A stretch of 63,579 nucleotides of DNA, filler included, from Octopus bimaculoides (GCF_001194135.2; 4 parts of 4 records of this genome joined end to end with filler, not necessarily neighbours in it); one strand, 5' to 3'; counted from the first letter of the whole stretch, positions 36,800 through 51,096 are shown. Program-made: numbers and translations. The notes: generated by a model not told the origin, from the sequence alone.

Positions 36800-37378
36800 T
36801 AAGAACATTGTGCACTTAAACAAATTCATGCTTTACAATTGTGGCTCCCCTAATGACTAATGAGCTGAGCCCTTGATAAGCATACACGACCGCAGATATT
36901 TGAGACCAAGCTTCCTTCATTCATTATGCTGGCGGTGCATTTTCGAGAATCTCGCTTGAATGCTGTTTGAAAAATGCGTCTTTGTCCGAATACACTCAAT
37001 CTTTCCTTTATCTGCTTTCTCCTTCAGTAGAGATGACATGCAGTGCTCTCTCTCAATTGACCCTGTACATCTCATATGCATTTAAAGAGGATTTACTCAA
37101 CTCTTAAATAGTGGACTCGATTTTCCCTGGGACCTCTTTCCACAAACAAGTTCGCTATAAAGCATCTGCTTGGTAATCCTCCGATCATTTATCCGAACAA
37201 GGTGTCCTGTACAACGTAAACGGTGCTTGTGTATCGTTTATGTAACCCCATTGCTCAAGACGTCGGCCCTCCTCAAGGCCTCTGTGTCTGAAATCCACAA
37301 GGATTAGCCAGCATTCAGAATATTTCTCAGACAACTCCGTTGGAAGCATTCAAGGACCCTTACATGATGCCTGTAAAG
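36800..37378 (-). mobile_element. Degenerate RTE-clade LINE 3' end
   Basis: Minus strand: [70 protein letters not shown]. Confidence 0.88.
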
Positions 37379-37446
37379 GGACTACATACATACATACATA
37401 CATACATACATACATACATACATACATACGTATGTTTATGTATGTA

Positions 37447-37509
<63 letters not shown>

Positions 37510-37555
37510 ATGTATGTATGTATGTATATATATATATATATTATTCTTTCTTTCT

Positions 37556-37760
37556 TTTTTTATTTGTTTCAGTCTTTGACTGCGATCATGGTGGAGCACC
37601 ACCTTTTAGTCGAGCAATTCGACCCCAGGACTTATTCCCTGCAAGCCTAGTATTTATTCTATCGGCCCCATTTTTGCCGAACCCCTAAGTTACTGAGACG
37701 TAAACACACCAGCATCGGTTGTCATGCGATGGTGGGGGACAAACACAGACACGCAAACAC
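37556..37760 (-). mobile_element. SINE family B 3' half running into an expanded (CA/GACA)n internal tract
   Basis: tttcagtctttgactgcgatcatggtggagcacc...gatggtgggggacaaacacagacac. Confidence 0.85.
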
Positions 37761-37817
37761 AGACAGACAGACACACACACAAACACAGACACAGACAGAC
37801 AGACAGACAGACACACA

Positions 37818-37853
<36 letters not shown>

Positions 37854-38147
37854 TACATATATACATATACGANNNNNNNNNNNNNNNNNNNNNNNNNNNN
37901 NNNNNNNNNNNNNNNNNNNNNNNNNNNNNNNNNNNNNNNNNNNNNNNNNNNNNNNNNNNNNNNNNNNNNNNNNNNNNNNNNNNNNNNNNNNNNNNNNNNN
38001 NNNNNNNNNNNNNNNNNNNNNNNNNNNNNNNNNNNNNNNNNNNNNNNNNNNNNNNNNNNNNNNNNNNNNNNNNNNNNNNNNNNNNNACAGCCACATATAT
38101 ATATATACATATGTGTGTGTGTGTGTGTGTGTGTATACACACACACG

Positions 38148-38183
<36 letters not shown>

Positions 38184-38965
38184 CATATATATATAGTGGA
38201 CCATAATATGACTTTAAAAAACTGCTTCATGAAATTATGGTATGGGCCACTACTCGGTGAAATCCTAAGTTTATCAAAGTTTTACATATGTATATGCATG
38301 TAGCCAATAGCAATTAATTGTATATTTGCGTATTTGCGGGCGTAAGTATTTTTAGACATACACACATACAAGCCTGCACGTACATATATACATACATACA
38401 TACATCCATCCATCCATACATACATACGTACATACATACATACATACATACATACATAAGGAGGAACGCACGTACACATACCCTAGATGAAAGTAAGTTA
38501 AAACCACTAGAGTGATTTTAAAGCGGGGCGGATGTGGAAGTATAAACACAACACTGCTGACGGATTACACATGCAACCCAGCCGAGATTTGTTTTGATAT
38601 GTTTGTGTACTTGGTAACTATGGCAACTAGCGAGCGGACTACAAAACTGCTTCTTTTGACCGAAATTTCCTACAACTGCTCTGTGGTATAACTAAAGACA
38701 TGACGTGTGGGTGTGTAAATGTGTATATGTATCCGTATTGTACTCAATATTTATATAATGCTTATAGACGTTCGTATGTATGCATGTGTGCGTGTGTGTT
38801 AGTTTGTGTGTAAGTTTTTGTGTGTATATTTGTATGAATGCAAGTGCGTATTTCACATGCATGCATATATGCATACAAACATGAATATGTATTTCTTTCT
38901 CTCTTTATATGTGTGTGTGTGTGTGTTTGTGTGTGGGTGTATGTACATATTGACACTTATACACG

Positions 38966-38999
<34 letters not shown>

Positions 39000-39593
39000 N
39001 NNNNNNNNNNNNNNNNNNNNNNNNNNNNNNNNNNNNNNNNNNNNNNNNNNNNNNNNNNNNNNNNNNNNNNNNNNNNNNNNNNNNNNNNNNNNNNNNNNNN
39101 NNNNNNNNNNNNNNNNNNNNNNNNNNNNNNNNNNNNNNNNNNNNNNNNNNNNNNNNNNNNNNNNNNNNNNNNNNNNNNNNNNNNNNNNNNNNNNNNNNNN
39201 NNNNNNNNNNNNNNNNNNNNNNNNNNNNNNNNNNNNNNNNNNNNNNNNNNNNNNNNNNNNNNNNNNNNNNNNNNNNNNNNNNNNNNNNNNNNNNNNNNNN
39301 NNNNNNNNNNNNNNNNNNNNNNNNNNNNNNNNNNNNNNNNNNNNNNNNNNNNNNNNNNNNNNNNNNNNNNNNNNNNNNNNNNNNNNNNNNNNNNNNNNNN
39401 NNNNNNNNNNNNNNNNNNNNNNNNNNNNNNNNNNNNNNNNNNNNNNNNNNNNNNNNNNNNNNNNNNNNNNNNNNNNNNNNNNNNNNNNNNNNNNNNNNNN
39501 NNNNNNNNNNNNNNNNNNNNNNNNNNNNNNNNNNNNNNNNNNNNNNNNNNNNNNNNNNNNNNNNNNNNNNNNNNNNNNNNNNNNNNNNNNNNN

Positions 39594-39647
<54 letters not shown>

Positions 39648-39921
39648 TAGATACAAACACATGCGAGTGTATAATGTGTATGTAAGTGCATGCATATGGG
39701 CGAGCAAGAATGTCTGTGTGTCTGTGTATGTGTTTGCTTGTATATGTGTGTGGATGGGTGTATGTGTGTGTGTGTGTGTGTGTGAGTGCGTGTGTATACA
39801 TGCATATTTGCTTATACGCATGTGAGATTTCAAATAAAAATATGGATGTAGATATATGTAGGTACCTATATATGCATAATTCTGTTTGTGTACGAATTCA
39901 TAGAATCTGTATAGAATTACC

Positions 39922-39957
<36 letters not shown>

Positions 39958-40057
39958 NNNNNNNNNNNNNNNNNNNNNNNNNNNNNNNNNNNNNNNNNNN
40001 NTTAATTAATTAANNNNNNNNNNNNNNNNNNNNNNNNNNNNNNNNNNNNNNNNNNNN
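39958..40057. other. Artificial 100-bp scaffold spacer
   Basis: N44-TTAATTAATTAA-N44. Confidence 0.9.
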
Positions 40058-41721
40058 AAAAGTGTAAAAAGATAATGCAAAGTGAGAATAAAATTCATAA
40101 AAGAAAGAAAAAAGATTCGTCGACGTGTAAAAAAAAAAATGATAATAAAAGATAAAAACTGGAATACTTATCTTACTTTCTACAGTCTGTCGCACCAGAA
40201 CAAAAAAATGTGTTTACGTTTTCAAAAGTGAAGCTGTAAAATTTTTGTACGTCAAAAAAAAAAACAAAAAAACAATAAGAGTGAAATCGGGGAGAGAAAT
40301 TGAAATTTGGGAGGAATATACGCATTCAATATTGAATAATAAATTTAAAAGTAAACATTAAAATGTCGTTGAGACGAAATAAAGAATATGGCCTGATAAA
40401 AGTATATTGCATCACTATAGAATTGAGCGGTATAAAACGAAATAAGAGCGACAGCATACGCATTGCTCGTAACTGCTCTTATTTCAATGATTATTTTCTT
40501 GTGTATTGCTGTCTTTTTTCGTCATGGATTTGAACAGCTATTAAAATTAATTGTATCTGTTTATCATTTGTGATAAATAATGGTGGATTTGCAGAATGAT
40601 TCAAAGATATTAGATTTATTAATGGTTTGTACTGAAAAAAAATGTCAGTTTTGTCTTTATCAGAAGAACACCCTCTGTTTCTGATTCCTTTTGGAGCAGT
40701 AGTTTTTGATTCTGTTTGAAGTGTAATATTTAGGTACGTACAATTAAACGGACAGTAATATTACAGATTCTAGTTCTCGTATACTTCAGTGCTTCATTTG
40801 AAGGAATGGCACAGCTTCTTGCATAGTTTGAACAAGAATCACTTTGCAAAGTCAATTCTTTTAGCATCTCCGCCATAGTCATTCTCTCAAAATGTTCGCA
40901 AACTGTATCTGGGGTCATAAAGTATAACCTGATATTTGTTTCCATTCCTTAAAAGATTTTAAGGTATATGTTGTGGAACATTCGACTGTTATTTCCAGCA
41001 AGTTACGCAAACACCTACCGGCTCTATCGTTTTCTCGTTTCAACAAATTCTAGGCATAAAAATGCATCTAAATAATAAAAAAAGACTAAAACAGTCTAAA
41101 TTTTCAGTTGTGAATAAGTAATTGTTTGGTCAGTTACCAGCATCACTGAATTCGCGTATAAACGGTTGAGTATTCTAAAGTCACATTTACTCAGGTCAGA
41201 TGAGCGTGGAAGAGCGGGACGTTACTTTAGATTACATGTAAAATCAATCCCTTAGGCTTCTATACAGTTTTCGTCTACATAATTTTACTCAGAAATTATG
41301 AGTCGACCAACATCTACGGAAATGAGAAATGCCCAAGATGTCACCCAAGGGAATAGAAACAAGGTACTTGTAATTACGAAACATCATTCTCAGTAATTCG
41401 ACCACACCGCATCAGAAACATATAGCTATAACACAGCAAATGCGGCATTTAATATGAATATAACTGAATCGTAGTCTATATTTATCAGTTTCGCAGAAAT
41501 ATCTCTTAAACTCACATTGGTTGATGGTCTTTGAAATAGGGGCTATATAATCCAGAACATGATTCTGTAAAATCGCATTTAAGGATATTTCGTTCTGGAT
41601 TTTACGATCAAGAGCGATCCACTAAAATTTGTTTATGTGCGTTGCAGCTACGTTGTTCTGGATATCACGAGTGTAGAAATATGTGCACACATACATGCAT
41701 ACAAACACACACACACACACA

Positions 41722-41794
<73 letters not shown>

Positions 41795-41796
41795 GT

Positions 41797-41840
<44 letters not shown>

Positions 41841-42371
41841 CTGAGTGTGTACGCGTGTGTGTGTATGTATATGTATGAATGTCAATGTGTATGTATGCAT
41901 GGACATATGTGTGTGAGCTTGTGTGTGTTTGTATTTTATTGCTCAGAAGAAATGGCCGAATATTTCTGAACGAGTCCTGAGGAAGCTAAAGCTAACTAGC
42001 CAATAATATTAGTTATAATATTCTGAATCTTGGCAAAAGTTCCCCCATTTAAAATCACATCCTCATTAACCTCACTCTGAATTATCACTATAATGCTAAA
42101 ATATAGTTATATACTCACTTTAGCACTTAAATAAAAGCGCGGATTAAATTACATATATTTAATTTTACATTAGCCAGGTGAAAGATTATTCTGAGCCATT
42201 TAGATAAGTAGTTAGATTACTCTTGATTAACTTTCAAAGAGAAAGAGTAACCAATATCTCTACATTTAATATCGTTAATATCGTTAATAATTACTAAAAA
42301 CGTCAATATATTCAACACATTACATTAACACCGCATTTTGCCAGTTCTAACGACACAATATAGGGCTAGGC

Positions 42372-42410
<39 letters not shown>

Positions 42411-42654
42411 CATGCATACATGCATGAATGCACACATACATGCATGCATACATACGTACATACATACATGCATATATGCAAACATATATATGCTTATGTG
42501 TGTATGTGTATTTATGCCTGCGTAAACATATGCATCCAGAGTCGCTTGGCTTATACGGAGAGATAGATATATATATAGAGAGAGAGAGTGACACAAACGT
42601 GTATGCATATATGTATGTCTATATTTATATGTGTGTATGAATATCTGTTCAAGC

Positions 42655-42900
42655 ATGTGTATGTAGAGGGGTTTGTTTACTGTTAGTGTGTTCCACTCAT
42701 GTTCGTAAGTTTGCGGTTTCGATTCCTGGACCAGGTAATATGTTATATTCTTGAGCTAATCACACCATTATTTCACATTGCTTTAGTCAACTCACCCATG
42801 GCTAATCCAGTGATTGTACCTGCGACTAATCGACTTCTCGTCCAAGTAGTGATTGGGGATACAGGGCACTGTAAACCGGAAACTGGTCTTATGAACTGCG
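42655..42900 (+). mobile_element. SINE family A, degenerate
   Basis: ggtttcgattcctggacc..ttcttgagc..atttcacattgctttagtcaactca..aaaccggaaactgg..atga parallels 6259-6521. Confidence 0.6.
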
Positions 42901-43022
42901 CACAGAACATGTATCGCTCTTTGACATATATAGTCATTATTTTATTATTTTACTTGTTTTACTTGTTCTAGTCATTTGACTAAACCCTAGGCCATGATAC
43001 ACACACATATATGTATGTGTAT

Positions 43023-43066
<44 letters not shown>

Positions 43067-43073
43067 CCTTTTA

Positions 43074-43109
<36 letters not shown>

Positions 43110-44999
43110 NNNNNNNNNNNNNNNNNNNNNNNNNNNNNNNNNNNNNNNNNNNNNNNNNNNNNNNNNNNNNNNNNNNNNNNNNNNNNNNNNNATATATATA
43201 GTAAGAGGAGGGATATAATATCCAGGCAGATAACGATTTTTCTCCGTAAAATGCCAAGGCTGGTTCCTTCAGATTTGCGTTCGTTTCATGGTAAACTTAC
43301 TTTAACACTCATCCGATGTTACAGTTTATACCTCGCTACTTAGAGTGTAAAGTACAATATTGATAATAAGGAGAACAAAGAATTTCAACATCCAAATTTT
43401 ATGTTCAATTAGAGTTGGCTTAATCATAATAATTGTCCGACACGTGTTTCGATCGCAGAATTATATATCCTTGTATATGTATATGCAGCGATTTATGCAC
43501 TTTTATTCATAAACTTTACAACCTGAATGAAATTCAGAGGAAACTGGGAGAAAAGGACTTTATTAAGGAATTCAAACCCAAGCTTGACAAACAATGTTTA
43601 AATTAATCTTATTTGGGGTTTAAAAATTTTAACCCAATAACTAAAACAAAAAAATTCTCGAAAAAGTACTGCTGTCATCATTTCTAAAAATAAACATTGA
43701 AAAATGGTTTGGCATCATCTCTAAAAATAGCCAAACAACTACTACTGCCGTCCACAGGAATGTACAAAGAGGACAAAAGACAGTCAACTGCAGTTGAAAC
43801 ATTCCTGTCACAACATGGGACGTTGAAGACTGCTAAAATGCAAGAAAGTATATTAGTCCTTGAATATTTCATATTCAATATTTCAATTATTCAAAAAGAC
43901 AATCAATACTTCATTTCATTTTACTATATATACTATATATTCCATATTCCATATCCTACATTAATATTATAAGAATATAAATAAAACATAAAATACAGAG
44001 TTGCAATTCCTTTGAATAATATATTTCTCTATACACAATCATACAAAACCCTTTATAAATATATATATATATATATGTACATACATGGATTTTTAAAAAT
44101 AAAATACGGAATACGCCGTAGAATTGTAAAGCAAATATGAAATCAGACACACACACAACAGTGATTTATGTCACAAACCGAAGCAAGAAGAATATATTGA
44201 AATAACTGACATAAAAAGAATTAAGAGATACGGGAAAATAATTCAAGTGTATTACAAACTTAATAAAAATGTGAGGTGAACTGACGTGTCGCATGAAGAT
44301 ATATTTAGCTGAGAATAATTCTGTCACATAAAATTTCATATAGATAAAACTGAGGAAGCCTGTGGTGAAATACAGCTTCAGATTCAGAATTACTGAGACA
44401 TTTTAAACGCATTAAAGTAACAGATATGCGTCTGTGAATTCATTAAACCACTAGAGAAGCCATTAAGAAATATAATTGAACGTACTTGATGTATTTGGAA
44501 AAAAAGATTGTGTCTATATTTAGTAATGTATTGGAGGTTGTACGCTAATTAGGACAAAAGATAAGTAGAAGAAAAGAAGGTAAAGTACTTTCGAAAAGAT
44601 TAATCATATCTATGGTTTTAAGATACAGTAGTCAAATATTCCTGCAAGGAACAACATGTACAAGCATTTATTAATATGTTGAAAGATGCTTGTTAGCTGA
44701 CAAATGAAAATAATAATCTACCAGAAATTAAATTCCCAAAATTAATTTACATGCAATTTACATTCTTATTGGTTGGGAACTTTGATGTTTGCTTCAGTAT
44801 AAGAGGGGACTTACAATCGTGTTTTATGTCACGTTGGACATCCGCAGTATAAAACCTACAGAAACTTGTTTTTATAATATGACATAGTATTTCATAGGCA
44901 GAAAAAAGCAAAATGAAGATATGTTTGATGAGTATATTAATAAATAAAAACTAGAATGCGTTAATTAAAATGTGCATTTGTATTAAGAGCACTTTCATT

Positions 45000-45140
45000 A
45001 CATTATTTAAATTATTTATAATTGACGGGTATTTGTCCTCATCTTGTTTGTTGTAAACACAACGTATCGGCTGATATACCTTCCAGCATTCTTCAGGTGT
45101 CTTGGGGAAATTTCGAACCCGGATTAGAACCTGGATTAGA
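45000..45140 (-). mobile_element. pLTR-like module with a degenerate HHR at 45057-45100
   Basis: Minus strand: ACAC CTGAAGA A TGCTG-GAAGGTATAT-CAGCC GATAC GT T GTGT; two substitutions from a canonical HHR. Confidence 0.7.
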
Positions 45141-45589
45141 AGCAAATATCAAGAAAATGTGCCCAAATTGGTAACATTTCTGGAGGTTTCTCTGGATAAG
45201 ATATCACATACATCCGTAAAAAACTCGTAGCAATTTAATCCTTTATGGGAAATTTGCTTTAATTTTTAGTTTCCTAATTATATTTTAATTACACTATTGG
45301 TAAATAATACTTTTACCACATCGTTCAGTCACCCAAAGCATTTTCGATAAAAATTTCTCGGATGGAAGAGGAGCTAAAAATCAGGAGAATAATAATAATT
45401 CTCTCCGGTTTAACACTGCTACTCAGTTGTTGTGTCATTCTTTGAAGTCGACACCCTTGTAAACTTTCGGCCCAATATAATCTTCATCAAATAAATTCTC
45501 TCCTTCCTCCCATCAGTCTCAAAAGCTCTGAAAATTTCACTGGAACGTTATTCCTGGCTTGAAAAAAATCAATAATATTGATTTCACAC

Positions 45590-45938
45590 ATTTGCACAAG
45601 GCCAGCAATTTCAGGTGAGGAGTGTAAGTCGACCCAGTATTAAACTGGTACTTATACTTTTGACTACACATGGATAAAAAGCAAAGTTTATCTTAGCGGA
45701 ATTTAGTAATACTTATAACATCCTTTCTACTAAAGTTACAAGGTGAAAAACTTTGCTGGGGAGAGGAAAAGTCGATTACATTGAACCAAGTGATTCACTG
45801 GTATCTAATTTATCGGCCCCGAAAGGATGAAAGGCAAAGTCGACCTCGGCGGAATTTGAACTCAGAACATAAAGACGGACGAAGTGCCGTTAAGCATTTT
45901 GCACAGAGTGCTAACGAATCTGCCAGCTGACCGCCTTA
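45590..45938 (-). mobile_element. Two adjacent SINE family C copies
   Basis: 45590-45710 is a partial copy; 45722-45938 has cggccccgaaaggatgaaaggcaaagtcgacctcggcggaatttgaactcagaac and the head. Confidence 0.85.
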
Positions 45939-46565
45939 ATAATATTTATATATTGATACAAGTATACATTTGCTAATATATCCGTTCCGTGTCACAATGC
46001 ATATGTGTTCCGTCGCTAAACGAGCTTCTAATCGTATTACGAATTGCTATTCCCTCGCTCAACCCTTCTGGAAATGAGTCAGACATAGATTCGTTGCCAA
46101 CGACAATTCTCACATCGCTAGGAACATACTAGATATTAAGAGAGAATGAAGGAAAACATTTTACCGCCTGTTCTGGATTCATACATTATTTGTTCGACCC
46201 TGGAATGATACTTTGGAAAATGTCCTCGATGCATTTTGAACCCAAGCACACAACGATTAAACCGATACAATACATTCTATCCGACATCCTAACGACTCTG
46301 CCAATTTTCGCGACTTTGATTTTCTTATGCTTTCCGTATCTAACTAAACACAAACTGTGGACAGCATGTAGAGGTGAAGATATATCGGGAACTGAAGTAA
46401 TATTGTATATATTATTCGTGCTCGATTCTATGTACTATACAAGGGTAAGGCAGGGTGGTATAGTTATTCTCATATATCTACTTTCGAACAAAGAAACATA
46501 CGCTTAAACACACACGCAGATGTACACACAAGGAACGGTATGCTTGTGTATAATTTGTATACATG

Positions 46566-46624
<59 letters not shown>

Positions 46625-46675
46625 ATATATATATATATATGTATGTATGTATATATAAATACATATATACAGTAA

Positions 46676-46897
46676 GGAATTAAATGTGAAACGAGGTGGA
46701 AAAAAATAGTATTTGAATACCAGAGGTAGAGTAATATGCTTTATTAATAAAGCTGCAAAGGCATCACAAAAACTGTTATTCAGAGTTTCTTGTTCCCTTT
46801 CGTCGGACAGTTTTATTCGAGAATCCCAACTAAAACCGTCCGGCGAACGGGAACGTGAAACTCTGAGTACAGTTTTGTGATGTCTTTTCAGCTTTTG
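46676..46897. mobile_element. Divergent inverted pair of HHR-like modules with a CCGACGA core
   Basis: 46769-46814 (minus) and 46832-46876 (plus); consensus AAAACTGT CCGACGA ACG-GGAA-CGT GAAAC TCTGAGT A ACAGTTTT. The left copy continues into AATAAA and ends at a TA-rich tract. Confidence 0.78.
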
Positions 46898-47342
46898 TAT
46901 GGTATATAAATACATATACATTGATATATATAGAGGGCAGATGAGAAAAAGAGATAACCCACAGCTTTTAGCGCTTATTTCTAGCAATGTAGGTGCTACT
47001 TTGCACCATCAGTCCAAATTAATGACAATTGAATCTTTCCATTTGAGATTTATATTGCTAATAGCCGTTTCTGTTATGACATCTTTCTCTCTCTTTCTCT
47101 CTCTCTCTCTCTCTATCTGTCTCTCTCTTTCCCTCTGTCTCTCTCTCTCTTTCTCTCTGTCTCTCTCTCTCTCTNNNNNNNNNNNNNNNNNNNNNNNNNN
47201 NNNNNNNNNNNNNNNNNNNNNNNTATATTGCTAATAGCCGTTTCTGTTATGACCTCTTTCTCTCTCTTTCTCTCTGTCTCTCTCTCTCTCTTTCTCTCTG
47301 GCTCTCTGTCTCTCTGTCTCTCTCTTTTTCTCTGTCTCTCTG

Positions 47343-47374
<32 letters not shown>

Positions 47375-47815
47375 ACACACACACACACATACACACACAC
47401 ACGCGCACGCACACACACATATATGAAGTTAGAGGTGCATAGCTACGTAGAACCATATCTTATTGTGCCATATTGTAGCGTATTCTTGTGGAGAATTACA
47501 ACATAGTTAAACACCTGTGTTTGATATTCTATTTCAGTAGATTGTTATCTTCCCATATCCGCTGTTAATTAACCAATATTTTGTTTAACTGCCTTAGCGT
47601 AATCTATTTCAAGATATAGAAGTGTTATAATAAGGTTAATAAAGATTTAATCTTGTGACTTAAGAGGTTTCTAGTATAACCCGTAGCGAATACGTTTCGT
47701 ATTGATGACGCCTTCGGTGAAATGAAATAATTTGTGGTATAACCTTTAAAAATGCAACACTTCTGTTCATTTGAGATGGTGTTGATTTAAATCTAAAGTG
47801 TAGACAAACGTGGAG

Positions 47816-47869
<54 letters not shown>

Positions 47870-47971
47870 AATAACAAGAACAACAAAAACAACCGCAATA
47901 TCGGTAAAATAATAATGAAATTAAGTAAAGAATTTCTCCCGTAGGTAGCAGAAATGGACTAACAATTATCA

Positions 47972-48152
47972 TTCTTCTTCTTCTTCTTCTTCTTCTTCTT
48001 CTTCGTCTTCTTCTTCTTCTTCTTCTTCTTCTTCTTCTTCTTCTTCTTCTTCTTCTTCTTCTTCTTCTTCTTCTTCTTCTTCTTCTTCTTCTTCTTCTTC
48101 TTCTTCTTCTTCTTCTTCTTCTTCTTCTTCTTCTTCTTCTTCTTCTTCTTCT
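47972..48152. repeat. Long near-perfect (CTT)n microsatellite (~60 units)
   Basis: Read directly; a single CGT interruption. Confidence 0.97.
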
Positions 48153-48983
48153 GTGTTATGTTTGATTACTGGAGAGCAAATAGCTAATCAATGATGCTGA
48201 TTGGATTGTTAATTTCCCGCTGGAGGTAAGGAATTAAAACTGAGAAAGCAAATGCAAAAGTCTAATGCAAAATATTTGTCTCACGAATTAAAGTATATTT
48301 TATTAGTGTAGTTTTGCAGAAGTAACTATTTCTTAATGGAAACAAATGTAAAATATTCTACAGACGTTGCCGATGGGATCAGTCGCAGATAGGGGAGCTG
48401 ATGAGGGACGATTTTAGTAAGAGACTAGTTGATTAGTCGGTTGCTTAATTGGTTTTTCGTCTTAACAGTCATTCGCCAAAGGCTAAAATTGTCGTTTAGT
48501 ATTCCACGCGCTGAATAATTAAAAGTCGAGGTATCAATGCAGAGTTCGTATCTCAGGAACCTCGGATGATTTGACATTTACGGTATGGTTTTAAGAATCG
48601 TAATTATTAAAACCGTTGTACTATGTTTAAGTGTAGATAACAGTGCCGTTAAGGGTTGGGGTAGGATGTGATAAACACCGGACACAGAAAATAACAACCT
48701 ACACTGAACACAATTTTATAAGAAGCCTGTGTGTATACATTCACATCACACACAGCCATATACATTCTTGCATACACGCATATATATTTAATATCTGTTG
48801 TGTCTCAAGCTACTGCTATCTACCACCTTCGGATGGTCGCTACTCGACTGCTACTCAACTGTCACTCAACAGCTATTCAACTCCTCTACCACGGCTAGAC
48901 TACCTCTAATTATATGTCTTGGCCGACCCTACTGCTTCGCTTGGGGGCGTCGACACAACAATATCTCTAAAATCGTTTTCTGT

Positions 48984-49059
<76 letters not shown>

Positions 49060-50119
49060 AAAAATTTAATGTAGTTCAATAACTTCTACATCTTTTATCC
49101 GATTTCTTTCAACCTTAGACTTTTACAATATCGATATTAGAGACTTTAAACTTTAAAAAGAAATCAATATTGGGGTCTTTCCACTTTAAAAAAATCGATA
49201 TTGAGGCCCCTAGAGTGATGAGATAACAATAGATGATTCCTATTCAGTTGCATTAATCAGCTGTTTTATAATCTTTAGGGTCTTCCATATGTACATGCAT
49301 ATAAAGAATGAACTGCATAAGAAGCACGATTTTTTCAAAAGTCATTTTTATATTTTAAATTTATTTCGGGGAAGTGAGTGTAAATATCCCAAGACATGCT
49401 GGCTTATGGCTGAGACACAAATTGCAGGTAACCTTTCAACTTTCCCAGAAACGAGACGCCGAAACACAGCTGCATTGAATGCCATGGGTGGCAGTCGCAA
49501 ACAATTGTCATGAAAACCAAAATGAACGTGCATCTCGTGGAGGTTATGTGTATAAAAATCGACTTGAACCCCGTTGCTGGCATTCGAATTCCGTCCTCCA
49601 TTTGTTCCTCTCACTTTGGGTGTTAGTGTCGTGAATTACGATCACTAGCACTTGGTATATTACGGTTATTGCTTTGTTGAATGTCGTTATTGTGTGTTTG
49701 TAAAACACCTTGTTTCACTCCTTTGCGGTGGTCCCTTTGCTGTTTGCCCCTTGTTTGAAGTGAGAGGCGCTATTATGAAATGAGAACATTTAAGTTAGTC
49801 CGACGTGGAGTTGTCGGAGGGAGAATTCATGTATTGCGCGAGTAGCATGAAGAAGGAACTGTCAAGAGGAGGAAAAGGAAAAAAACTGGAATAAATATCA
49901 ACAGTTTTGTGTCAACGGCAGATGTGTCGAAAAGGAAAGTGGAGTTTGAAAAGCAGGACTTGGTAAAATACCGAGATATGTTGAAAAGGGAGGGGGTTCG
50001 AGGGAAAACTGACCCCTCCTAACGAAATTACGAGGGTCATTTGCGAGAAAACGATGATATTTAAGACATTTGTGATAAAGAAGAAAATTGAAATTAAGGT
50101 ACAAATTGAAAAGTGCTTC

Positions 50120-50790
50120 GCACCCATCTGGCCGGCCGGTATGACACCTCGCGAGACCATTGGTACTGGACAGTGACCCGTCAGCGACGACGTGGTACGA
50201 CGTCGATTGGCCACCAACAACCTGCGTTGCCGTCGTCCTGCTCGAGGGCCTGTCCTCACCGCCCGCATTACTACAATAGGCTACACAGCACCGATATTGG
50301 CAGCATCAGCAATGAAGGTCGATAGTCTTCTCTGACGAGAACCGTTTCCACCTCGGATGGCAGAGTGAGGGTGTAGCGCAGGAAGAGGTGAACGCTACAG
50401 AGATACCTGTGTCGTGGAGAGAGATGCTTTGGAGTGGTAGTGGGGGTGCTAAAGCATCTTGGTTTGGGGTGCTATATTCCTGAATCAGAGAACTGGGCCA
50501 CATGTGTTCCAAAATATTGGTGCAGGCAGATGGAATAGCATCACAGCGCAGCGCTACGTTGACCAGATCCGATGATCTCACTTCAGGATCTTTTACGCGC
50601 GTCACCATTGCTACGTGTTCCAGCAAGACAATGTCCCTTCCCTCACGGTTAGGGTCACCATGGACTTCCTGCATCAGCGCAACATCAGAGCCATGCCGTG
50701 CCCGGCTCTCAACCTGGAATTGAACCCTACTGAACACCTGTAGAATGATATCCAGAGACGCCTGAACCAGGTGGTCTCAAGGCCGATAAC
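50120..50790 (+). mobile_element. Degenerate Tc1-like transposase
   Basis: VRRRLATNNLRCRRPARGPVLT..VFSDENRF..DGRVRV..VWGAI..FQQDNVP..TMDFLHQRNIRAMPCPALNLELNPTEHL, spanning the DD34E-type catalytic region with frameshifts; the 3' end is interrupted by a SINE. Confidence 0.88.
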
Positions 50791-50910
50791 TCACCCACGA
50801 GGCTTTGATTGGTCCAAGGCAATAGTAGAAGGCATGTATCAAAGTGCCACGGAGTGAGATTGAACCTGGAAACATGTGATTGGTTAGCAGGCTTCTTAGC
50901 ACGCAGGCAG
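50790..50910 (-). mobile_element. SINE family B 5' half
   Basis: aggctttgattggtccaaggcaatagtagaag..gtgccacggagtgagattgaacctggaaacatgtgattggttagcagg. Confidence 0.7.
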
Positions 50911-51014
50911 GTCTGCACCTGTACATATATACACCCATATATACATGCATATAATTATACATACACGCGCGCTTCCGTACACGCACACACGCAAACACAC
51001 ACACACATACAAAG

Positions 51015-51044
51015 ATAGATTGAGAGATAGATAGATAGAAAAAC

Positions 51045-51096
<52 letters not shown>
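51015..51096. repeat. (GATA)n microsatellite
   Basis: Read directly. Confidence 0.95.

Noticed and set aside
40730-40945. 71-aa minus ORF (METNIRLYFMTPDTVCEHFERM...)
   Set aside because: No recognised domain and no convincing splice pair; the length is within chance range.
43433-43500. Minus-strand GAAAC ACGT GTC with an ATCGC/GCGAT stem
   Set aside because: No CUGANGA half and no stem I; at most a heavily decayed HHR.
43684-43972. Overlapping ORFs on both strands with a good minus-strand acceptor
   Set aside because: No recognisable protein in any frame and no donor partner.
47054-47420. Direct repeat tatattgctaatagccgtttctgttatgac(a/c)tctttctc on both sides of a 49-N gap
   Set aside because: Most likely an unmerged contig overlap or allelic duplication at a (CT)n tract.
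48398-48500. CTGATGA followed by gacgattttag/ctaaaattgtc inverted words
   Set aside because: No GAAA core half at the base of a stem.
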